A model generated the notes under the pieces. That model was not told the DNA's origin and did no database searches. It was given only the letters and a program-made list of their open reading frames with translations. The position numbers and the translations under genes were made by a program. Of a stretch of 13,739 bases of DNA, positions 1 to 6,697 are shown one piece after another. Position 1 is the first letter of the stretch. Each line of letters opens with the position of its first letter. The DNA comes from Nannocystales bacterium. GTDB lineage: Bacteria; Myxococcota_A; Polyangia; Nannocystales; Nannocystaceae. The stretch is from assembly GCA_050633305.1 (NCBI GenBank), contig JBOEGF010000056.1, forward strand, positions 1 to 13,739. Direction: 5' to 3'.

Positions 1-19
1 TGCTACGGCGAGGACTTAC
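1..19. repeat. Half copy (cut by the window edge) of the 37-bp palindrome at 257-293
   Basis: 1-19 TGCTACGGCGAGGACTTAC is the exact reverse complement of 257-275; 2-19 is identical to 276-293. Confidence 0.95.
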
Positions 20-256
20 CGCGGACGGCCGCCTTGAACAGGTACTCGACCGGGTTCACGCCACACAGCTTCGCCGACTCGACGAGGCTGTACATGATCG
101 CCGCCACCTCGGTCCCTCGCTTCGAACGCGAGCCGTAGTGGTTCTTCCGACCCTGAACCATGCCCCGTAGCGCACGCTCCGTCTGGTTGTTGTGGATCTC
201 GACGTGCGGGTCGTCGAGGAAGGCGGAAAGCCCCTTCCATCTCAAGAGCATGTAGT
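20..256 (-). pseudogene. tnpC: IS66-family transposase (TnpC) C-terminal fragment
   Basis: HYMLLRWKGLSAFLDDPHVEIHNNQTERALRGMVQGRKNHYGSRSKRGTEVAAIMYSLVESAKLCGVNPVEYL carries the IS66 NNxxERxLR..GRKN..YSL.ES.K..G.NP..YL signature. It is cut at both ends by the palindrome copies. Confidence 0.93.
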
Positions 257-293
257 GTAAGTCCTCGCCGTAGCAGCTACGGCGAGGACTTAC
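257..293. repeat. Perfect 37-bp palindrome GTAAGTCCTCGCCGTAGC-A-GCTACGGCGAGGACTTAC
   Basis: Perfect 18-bp arms (257-274 and 276-293) around one central A. Termini GTAA...TTAC resemble IS66 ends. Confidence 0.95.
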
Positions 294-303
294 CATCTGG
301 GCA

Positions 304-572
304 TAGCTCCCGGGCTCAAGCTTCAGCGTCGACCAGTCGATCGCGGAGACGTGCGCGGCCGAGAGCACGTGCTGCGTGCTGCAGCTCAGCGGCGGCGTTC
401 TCGGGCTGCTGGAACACGCTCTTGAAGAGCGCATCGTGCGGGGTCTTCGTCACGGGCGCGGGGCGCCGGGACGATAACACTGGCCGCCCACCTGAACACC
501 CGCCGTTTCAGAACCTCGATTTTCGGCCCGATCTTCCGCTCCGAGGCCCCCTACCCACCGGTGGCAAAAACG
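304..572 (-). pseudogene. Truncated, frameshifted tandem duplicate of the rpn 5' end plus its upstream region (copy of 1491-1744)
   Basis: Near-identical direct repeat of 1491-1744. It encodes (V)[18 protein letters not shown]...[23 protein letters not shown], interrupted by a 7-bp duplication (GTGCTGC x2, 369-382), and ends 10 bp from the palindrome. Confidence 0.9.
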
Positions 573-625
573 ACGATAATCTGACTACGTCCATAAAGGA
601 CATGTGCCCTGTGAAGACAGATATC

Positions 626-652
626 GGGGAGGGGGAGGGGGAGGGGGAGGGG
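626..652 (+). repeat. G4A-(G5A)3-G4 tract, potential G-quadruplex
   Basis: GGGGAGGGGGAGGGGGAGGGGGAGGGG directly abuts the rpn stop codon (653-655). Confidence 0.85.
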
Positions 653-880
653 TCAGCCTTCGAAAACGTCGTCCACCGACGCTGCTGTAGCCGCGCGCAT
701 CAGCCAGTTCTGCAAGACCTCAAGGTCCTGGCAGTTTTCGATCTGCACTCGAATCGCTGCTGTCACGCTCAAATCCCGCGCCTCGAGCACGGTCAAGACG
801 GAGGCCACAGCTCGGCGTAGCTCGCCCTGGACAACGCCCTGGACCTTGCCTTCGGCAAGAAGCTGTTCTGCGATGGTCAT
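653..880 (-). CDS. Probable in-frame internally translated small Rpn protein (RpnS-type antitoxin), 75 aa
   Basis: GGAG (890-893) lies 9 nt upstream of ATG 880, which starts [11 protein letters not shown], the conserved internal start position of Rpn proteins. Confidence 0.65.
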   Translation of the reverse strand: MTIAEQLLAEGKVQGVVQGELRRAVASVLTVLEARDLSVTAAIRVQIENCQDLEVLQNWLMRAATAASVDDVFEG

Positions 881-1633
881 CGTGATGGACTCCGCGGCGG
901 GTGCTCGCTCCTTGAGGATGCCACGAAACTGCTCCAGCTGCAGGTCGGACGAGACGCGGACAACGTAGGAGAGCAGAGGGGCCAAAGCGCGCTCTCCGCC
1001 CGCCGTCTGGGCCAGCTCCTCGAGCTCTCCTAGCCAGCCCACGAGCCTCCGGAGGAGCAGGGCACCATCCCTCGCATCCCGCATCAACCACAACGCGAGA
1101 CGAGCCTGCTGGGCGACCTTCCGGCGGCGCAGGTCCGCGTCGTCCGTCCGATGGAGGTCGTCGACCGCGTACGAGAAGTCGGGCAGCACGGCGTCCGCCA
1201 GCTCGCCGAGGCTCGGCGAAAACAGTCCCGAGAACCGCGTCGGCGCTGCCCACCCTCCAGGCACCTGGGCCAACACCGCCGGAACGATCAACGGCAGCGG
1301 CGACGCCTTGTCCTCGTCGGAGAACCGCTCCCAGATGCTGACCATGTAGCTCAGCAGCCGCAGCGCCATCCTTGGCTCGGGCGTCGACTGGTGCTCGAAC
1401 AGCAGGTACACGAAGACGCGCTCGCCGGAGGCTTGCGCGTTCGCCGAGAAGAGCAGGTCGCTGTGCTGGTCCGCCAGCTTCTCGTCCACGTAGCTCCCGG
1501 GCTCAAGCTTCAGCGTCGACCAGTCGATCGCGGAGACGTGCTCGGCCGACAGCACGTGCTGCAGCTCTGCCGCGGCGTTCTCGGGCTGCTGGAACACGCT
1601 CTTGAAGAGCGCATCGTGCGGGGTCTTCGTCAC
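653..1633 (-). CDS. rpn: Rpn family recombination-promoting nuclease / YhgA-like putative transposase (PD-(D/E)XK), 326 aa from GTG at 1633
   Basis: Motifs [22 protein letters not shown]....[16 protein letters not shown]...MALRLL.Y, LP.I.P.V, and C-terminal MTIAEQL..EG. Start moved from 1750 to GTG 1633 because the family begins near PHD and IS sequence starts at 1745. Confidence 0.93.
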   Translation of the reverse strand: MTKTPHDALFKSVFQQPENAAAELQHVLSAEHVSAIDWSTLKLEPGSYVDEKLADQHSDLLFSANAQASGERVFVYLLFEHQSTPEPRMALRLLSYMVSIWERFSDEDKASPLPLIVPAVLAQVPGGWAAPTRFSGLFSPSLGELADAVLPDFSYAVDDLHRTDDADLRRRKVAQQARLALWLMRDARDGALLLRRLVGWLGELEELAQTAGGERALAPLLSYVVRVSSDLQLEQFRGILKERAPAAESITMTIAEQLLAEGKVQGVVQGELRRAVASVLTVLEARDLSVTAAIRVQIENCQDLEVLQNWLMRAATAASVDDVFEG

Positions 1634-1643
1634 GGGCGCCGGG

Positions 1644-1652
1644 ACGATAACA
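1644..1652 (-). promoter_or_regulatory. Candidate extended -10 promoter element (TGTTATCGT) for rpn
   Basis: TGn-TATCGT lies 10 nt before the GTG start and is conserved in the duplicate (471-479). No SD is seen, suggesting a short or leaderless transcript. Confidence 0.45.
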
Positions 1653-1744
1653 CTCGCCGCACACCTGAACACCCGCCGTTTCAGGACCTCAGTTTTTGTG
1701 CCTATCTTCCGCCCGAGGCCCCCTACACCCCCATGGCAAAAACG

Positions 1745-2428
1745 TGTCAATGCAGAGTAGAGATGTCGGTCTGTCTGTAAAGTACAGATGTCGTGTTTAT
1801 GGTCGAATGCGGGTCTGAGCCGGTGACTTTTGCCGAATCCATTTCTTCTCCCTGAGCGACACCTTCTTGTTCTTCAGCCTGGCTTCGTCCCGCTTCTCTT
1901 GGCGTCCCTCGACCCACTTCATGGCCGCCCCCAGTCGCTTGTTCTCGACGACCTCGCTCTGGTCGACGTACGGATTCTAGTCGAAGGGGGTGAAGGGAAG
2001 GGCGCGGCCGTCGCGGACGACCTCGAGGTGGCCGTCGTCCCACTCGTAGACGCGCACCCGACGTCGAGCCAGCCCCGTCGTCTCGGGCGAGGGCGTCACC
2101 ATCAGCATCTTCTTGCGGTAGTGCAGCGTCAGGTTCTTCGAGAGCGTCCGCTCTTCCTGCCACGTAAACACCTTGTCGAGATCGTCGTGGTCGAGCAGGG
2201 GGCGATGCGCGTCGTGCTCGGAAGCTGGGGCAACAGCGAACTTAGCGAACTTCGCGTTGTGGGCCCTGCGGTGCTCCTCGAGGTACGCATTTCCGTCCTC
2301 CAAGGTCGAAATCCCGCGCAGTCGCATTTCCTTCGCCAGCCGGTCTTGCAGCGTCAGGTTCGACCGTTCGACGCACCCCTTTGTCGCCGGGGTGTTCGCA
2401 CACAGGATGTCGATGTTCAGCTCCGCTA
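1745..2428 (-). mobile_element. IS1202-family (ISNCY) remnant with its right end
   Basis: The end starts TGT at 1745, followed by two 18-bp direct repeats (1751-1768 TGCAGAGTAGAGATGTCG, 1776-1793 TGTAAAGTACAGATGTCG; 15/18 identical) resembling repeated transposase-binding sites. Homology with the rpn duplicate stops exactly at 1744. Confidence 0.8.
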
Positions 2429-2429
2429 G
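1797..2429 (-). pseudogene. IS1202/ISNCY transposase C-terminal portion with premature stop
   Basis: One frame reads LAELNIDILCANTPATKGCVERSNLTLQDRLAKEMRLRGIST...HNAKFAKFAVAP...EERTLSKNLT...PFD*NPYVDQSEVVENKRLGAAM... to TAA at 1797-1799. Internal TAG at 1977-1979; N-terminus lost at the IS630 junction. Confidence 0.87.
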
Positions 2430-3047
2430 TGTCGTGGAACAGGAGTCCGTTCAAGAAGTCGCGTCGTGAAGTCGGGCGCAGTAGCGGGCGATCGACGCAA
2501 GGATGTCGTCCGCACTCTTGGTCCAGATGTACGGCTTAGGTTCGTCATTGTGGACCTCGATGAACTCACGGATATCGTGCTCGAGCGCGACGGTCGAGCG
2601 GTGAGACGAGCGACGCAGCTGGCGAGTGGTGAGCTCTGCGAACCAGCGTTCGACGAGGTTCAGCCACGACGAGTATGTCGGGACGAAGTGAGCATGGAAC
2701 CGCGTGTGCCGCTTGAACCAGGCTCGGACTTTGGGCGTCCGATGCGTCCCGTAGTTATCCATGATGACGTGGGCATCGAGTTCGTCGGGGACGGCCGCCT
2801 CAAGCTTGTTGAGGAAGACGAGGAACTCCTTCGCTCGATGCCTCCGAAAACACTTCCCGATGACCCTGCCGGTCGCAACGTCGAGAGCGGCGAAGAGCGT
2901 CGTCGTGCCGTGTCGAAGGTAGCGGCATGTCCGTCGTTCGGGAACACCGGGCATAATCGGGAGCACGAGCTGAGACCGCTCCAGGGCTTGAATCTGCGAT
3001 TTCTCGTCGACGCACAGGACTATCGCGTTGTCTGGAGGGGACATATA
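2429..3047 (-). mobile_element. IS630-family element remnant (right end plus DDE domain), inserted at CTAG within the IS1202 transposase
   Basis: CTAG at 2426-2429 (TA target 2427-2428) is followed by GTGTCGTGGAAC just beyond the transposase stop. The left part of the element is missing. Confidence 0.8.
2451..3044 (-). pseudogene. IS630-family transposase, DDE catalytic domain only (N-terminal HTH missing)
   Basis: (Y)MSPPDNAIVLCVDEKSQIQAL, RHGTTTLFAAL, VIMDNYGTH, PTYSSWLNLVERWF, PKPYIWTKSADDIL: D-D-E triad present, but only 197 aa. Confidence 0.93.
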
Positions 3048-3286
3048 CCTCGGCGTGCCTGCAGTTTGAGCCCTCGGGGCTCGGCGGTCGCTTCGGGCCC
3101 ACTTCTTGCCACCGATGCCTTTGCTTTGCCCCTGTTCACAGCCGGCCGCTCGGCACCTGCGCCATCACCGCCCTCGACGGCGGGAAGCCGTACTCCTTCG
3201 CATCGGCTTTTTCCCACTTCGTGTTGCTTAGACGCGACCTCCGCCAGTCTGCCGAATCCGTCGCGAAGCAGGGGGCCTGTTCGTCC

Positions 3287-3607
3287 ATCGAGCACGCCCG
3301 CAAGCACCTCGCGGTCGAAGCCGCGGCCGAGCACCAGCTCGACCGCGCCCACTCGCAGCGTCACAGGCAACGCGCCGCCGTGCGTCTCCGGCACGACCTC
3401 GACCAGCTGCAGCGGCTTCGCCGTCTTCGGCCCCGTCGCTTTCTTCGGATCCAGCGCCTCGCCATCGACGCTGAGCTTCCATGCCCATCGTTCGAGCGAC
3501 TGCCCCGAGAAGCCTTTCCCCTTCGCGAACTCTCCGAGCCCCTGACCGCTCGCCTTCCACGACCGCACCCGTTCCAGCCACTCTCCCCGCGTCGCCCGTT
3601 TGCTCAC
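3287..3607 (-). pseudogene. tnpA: IS66 accessory protein TnpA, C-terminus replaced by read-through into unrelated sequence
   Basis: W..RV.SW..SG....EFA...G.....L.RW..KL ... LVEVV ... LVLGRGFDREVLAGVLD matches the TnpA pattern. The tnpB expected next is absent. Confidence 0.82.
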
Positions 3608-3644
3608 CGGTCCGGCCTACGCCGGCCACCGCCTCATGTCACGA

Positions 3645-3665
3645 CGGGGATCGTCGAACGGATAC
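3645..3665 (-). mobile_element. IS66 left inverted repeat (GTATCCGTTCGACGA...)
   Basis: The minus strand reads GTATCCGTTCGACGATCCCCG, starting 58 bp upstream of the tnpA GTG and resembling IS66 GTAxxCGT ends. Confidence 0.7.
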
Positions 3666-3995
3666 GTTCGTCCTCGTCGCTGCTTTGCATGCGCGATTGC
3701 GTCCGCTTGCGATGCGTCGCGTTCGGCCTCACCGTTTCTGGATTGTGTCGAGTTCCGACCCGGACCGGACAAGTAGTCTTCGAAGAAGGGGGGGGGCGGC
3801 TGGCTGGCCTTCTGTGCCTGGGCTAAGGTCGCCCTGTCGAGGTTCGAATAGGAACGTCACCGCGTTGAATAGATATGGACCGCTGAGTTGACCGCGTATT
3901 GACACTGAGTTCGTGCCTTGCCATGGGGCCGCGGGGATCCTAGCCTTTCCTAGAATGGTTCGACATGTCGCGATGCGAACGGGAGCGAGCAGCTA

Positions 3996-4625
3996 GTGCC
4001 GTGGTTATTGCTGCTGTTCGTCCTGGGAGGAGGGGGGCTCGGTGCGCTAGCGTCACGCTCGATTCCTCCGAGGGACCCGCCCCCTCGCTGGAGAGACGAG
4101 ATCGGCCCATCTCTGGTTGCGGCGCTCAGTGTCCCGGTCTTCCTGCAACTCGGCCAGAGCCCCCTCGTCGACGAGTCGTTACAGGCTGATTGGAGCAGTA
4201 TGGTCGTTCTGCTAGGCCTCTGCGCGCTTGCGGGCACCAGCTCTCGGACATTCATCTCGCAGGTGAGTCGGACGGCGTTGGGGCAGGCGGAAGAGGCGAA
4301 GCGGGTAGCCGAGCAGGCGCAGAAAGCCGCAAACGAGGTCGCAGTAGCCACCGTGAACGCCTCGGATACGTCCACCACACCCTTCGAGGGGGCAAACCCG
4401 GGCGAGCTGAGCGAGGGGGAACAAGTGATGTTGAGCAAGTTCGGGACGACGACCGGTCCGTATCTCTCCTTGGAGGACATTGGCCATCTTGCAGGCCGGG
4501 ACGCGACGCTCGCGGAACTCGAACGCAGGAAGCTCGTCGGGCGTCTGACAGTGGACGGTCGACCACGCTACTACCTGACGAAGCCAGGCCGGTCGGTGTC
4601 GAGGGGAGAGCAACTCGGTGAGTAG
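3996..4625 (+). CDS. YEATS-associated three-TM (YLATT-like) membrane protein with coiled coil and C-terminal winged-helix-like domain, 209 aa
   Basis: Three hydrophobic segments with the pattern GGGLG...AALSVPVFL...S.L...VLLGLCALAGTSSRTFI..VS; helical AEEAKRVAEQAQKAANE; C-terminal LSEGEQVML...LAELERRKLV...YYLTKPG. GGGAG upstream of the GTG start. Confidence 0.75.
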   Translation: MPWLLLLFVLGGGGLGALASRSIPPRDPPPRWRDEIGPSLVAALSVPVFLQLGQSPLVDESLQADWSSMVVLLGLCALAGTSSRTFISQVSRTALGQAEEAKRVAEQAQKAANEVAVATVNASDTSTTPFEGANPGELSEGEQVMLSKFGTTTGPYLSLEDIGHLAGRDATLAELERRKLVGRLTVDGRPRYYLTKPGRSVSRGEQLGE

Positions 4626-6300
4626 GTACTGGCCAGCGGATGCTGTCGCGATTCCCGTTGATCAGCTGTCGGATGCAGCGTACTTGAACAAGCGGCTCAG
4701 TCGCTTCATGTCCAGCGACACCAAGACGTTCCTGTGTGGTGCAAAGGGGATGGGCAAGACGATGCTGCTCAAGTACAAGCGGTACGAGCTCGAGAAGCGA
4801 TATTCTCGGTCCTTCGACGGGGCCCCAGACGTCCAGTTCGTGCCCGCGTCGAAACCGTATCTCGACCAGATGCCACCGCTCGCGACGCTCTCTGCGAACG
4901 AAATTTCGTTTTTCGGAACTCCGGAGAATGCGAGGGGGATCTGGGAGCTGGCTCTGGGCTTGTCCGCACTGTCCCACAAGTGCGAGGAAGCCGCCAGGCC
5001 TCTCCTGGAGCCCCTGTTCAAAGCGTCCGAGCCAGGCCCACTGACGCCCACTGACGCGTTCTCTCGCCTGATGCACCTAGGTGTTCAAGGCTACGTTCGA
5101 GTTCGAGCCCAAATCAAAAATGAGCTTCAAACCGCCGTTCGGAAGGAGGTGCGGGACGGTCTGTTCATGTTCGTGGACCGAATCGACCAAGCGCTCGGTG
5201 GTATGCCGCAGGAAGCGTGGGTGAACTTTCAGGCCGGGATGCTTCGCGCTTCATGGCAGTTGATGCAGGATAATACTCATATAAAGGTGTTCGGGACGAT
5301 TCGACAAGAAGCCTATGGGAACATGGGGAAAGAGCAGCGCGCCAACGTTTGTACGATCGTCACCGAGGTCAGGTACCACGAATCCGATCTGCGAAGGATT
5401 CTGGATAAGCTGACGGCTCTCTACGAGGAGGACCTTGGGGGGTTCTCGGGGTTCGTTGGTTTCGAAAGTGTCTCGAATTGCCGGAGCGGGGTCAGGGAAG
5501 ACCTGTTCGACTACGTTTGCAGACACACGCTGGGTCGACCCAGGGATCTCGTTCGCGTTGCGGAGAAGCTGTCCGAGCTTCCCGAGGAGAAGACGGAGAA
5601 AGATGTTGTCGAGACCGTAGAGGAGGTGAGCAGTTCCATCGCCGCCGACGAGGCTTTTGCAGAAGTACAGATGTTCCTCGACGTTCTCGCAAAACCAAGC
5701 GGAAGAGCAGAGTTCTTCAGGCATGTCGGCTTCCCTGTGCTACAACGCGCCGACGTGGAACGAGTCTTCCTAAGCCTCAATCGTGGCGTTGTGGTGGAGG
5801 ATCGGAAGCACCCGTTTTTCGAACTCTACGTGGCGGGGCTTCTGGGGTTTGTTACCTCTCCCGGACCTGAGTGCAAACAGCGGTTTCGCGACCCGGGGGA
5901 CCCGCTTCCGTCGAGTTTCGGCGAACTGCCGCGTTCGGACCTCTACGTCCTGCACCCAGGCCTATGGGACGCAGTGGCAGTTGTGAACGCAGAGTTCGCG
6001 ACGGTAGCAGGGCTGACGCTGGGGCGCGGTCGCGGTTGGACTCGGCGGGATAGCGTCATCGCGTCGGCGCAGCGCGAGCTGTGGAGGATCGGAAGCAGGA
6101 GGCAGAACCCAGAGCTATACCGAAAATTGCAGGTTGTACTCCGCGCTGTCGCGGGGTGCAGTCGCGATGCGGACGTAATGAGGTTCCTCCGGCGGAGTGA
6201 GAGCTGGACGGAGTATGACGAGCTCCGGAGGTTCTTCTCTCAGTCGCAGTCTTTCAATGGGGTCAATCACTGGCTGGAGGAACTCAGCCGACTTGGCTGA
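4618..6300 (+). CDS. P-loop NTPase, Sll1717/FunZ-like (STAND/ORC-Cdc6-related), 560 aa
   Basis: Walker A FLCGAKGMGKT; Walker B LFMFVDRID; IKVFGTIRQE; RHTLGRPRDL; wHTH-like HPFFELYVAGLLG...YVLHP. Start overlaps the upstream gene by 8 nt (GTGAGTAG) with GGAGAG upstream. Confidence 0.82.
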   Translation: MSRYWPADAVAIPVDQLSDAAYLNKRLSRFMSSDTKTFLCGAKGMGKTMLLKYKRYELEKRYSRSFDGAPDVQFVPASKPYLDQMPPLATLSANEISFFGTPENARGIWELALGLSALSHKCEEAARPLLEPLFKASEPGPLTPTDAFSRLMHLGVQGYVRVRAQIKNELQTAVRKEVRDGLFMFVDRIDQALGGMPQEAWVNFQAGMLRASWQLMQDNTHIKVFGTIRQEAYGNMGKEQRANVCTIVTEVRYHESDLRRILDKLTALYEEDLGGFSGFVGFESVSNCRSGVREDLFDYVCRHTLGRPRDLVRVAEKLSELPEEKTEKDVVETVEEVSSSIAADEAFAEVQMFLDVLAKPSGRAEFFRHVGFPVLQRADVERVFLSLNRGVVVEDRKHPFFELYVAGLLGFVTSPGPECKQRFRDPGDPLPSSFGELPRSDLYVLHPGLWDAVAVVNAEFATVAGLTLGRGRGWTRRDSVIASAQRELWRIGSRRQNPELYRKLQVVLRAVAGCSRDADVMRFLRRSESWTEYDELRRFFSQSQSFNGVNHWLEELSRLG

Positions 6301-6697
6301 CGCCGTGCGCACTGCATGTTGCGCGTAAGCTCGGGTTCGTCTTCGGCGGTTCGATGTCGTGCGCTTAAGTGAAACAAGCTGGGAAATGCTGTCAGCGGCA
6401 TCGGCGCAGATAGGCGGAGACGAGTGAGAGGCAACGCGGGGGGTGCCCAGCGGAGCCAGGGGTGGGGCGGATGAGGACAGAACCGGGCGGCGGCGAGTGC
6501 GGCGCTCCGCAGGTGGGGCAAGTCGAGCGCAGACCCTCCTCGATGTGGCGAAGGCCAGTGAAGCGAGCCTGCAGCGCCGGCGGCCGACGACCGCAACACC
6601 GCGACCGACCTCACCCGCCTGATCTGAGGGGACTGTTTGGCGTTGGGTTGCTCATTCCACAACATGAGACGGAAGGTCGGTCGAGGGCTTGAGATCG

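Noticed and set aside
1..293. Canonical CRISPR array
   Set aside because: Only about 1.5 repeat copies are visible, the intervening piece is 237 bp, the repeat is fully palindromic, and no cas genes are present.
3..434. 143-aa ORF as a single gene
   Set aside because: It is a chimera of the rpn duplicate, the palindrome and the IS66 tnpC fragment that happens to stay open.
1715..1744. dif/Xer site targeted by the IS1202 element
   Set aside because: The flank shows no XerC/XerD-like arms (no TTATGTTAAA-type sequence).
1634..1750. 39-aa N-terminal extension of Rpn from TTG 1750
   Set aside because: That start lies inside the IS1202 end; family homology begins at VTKTPHD.
2466..3545. 359-aa plus-strand ORF, and similar long antisense ORFs (1151-1780, 1830-2429, 4252-5076, 8227-9054)
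   Set aside because: Shadow ORFs opposite recognisable genes in high-GC DNA, with no motifs.
20..3665. One composite IS66 element from the left end at 3665 to tnpC at 20-256
   Set aside because: Orientation fits, but tnpB and most of tnpC are missing, and the left IR (GTATCCGTTCG) differs from the palindrome arms (GTAAGTCCTCG); a common origin is unsupported.
3788..3796. G9 tract (and A10 at 12153-12162) as phase-variation sites
   Set aside because: Both are intergenic and not within a supportable promoter or CDS; homopolymer lengths may also be sequencing noise.
3899..3956. Sigma70 promoter TTGACA...TAGAAT
   Set aside because: The hexamers are 46 bp apart, not about 17.
6301..6697. Small ORFs, ncRNA or terminator between the convergent NTPase and pentapeptide genes
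   Set aside because: No motif, convincing hairpin plus U-tract, or RNA family recognised by eye.
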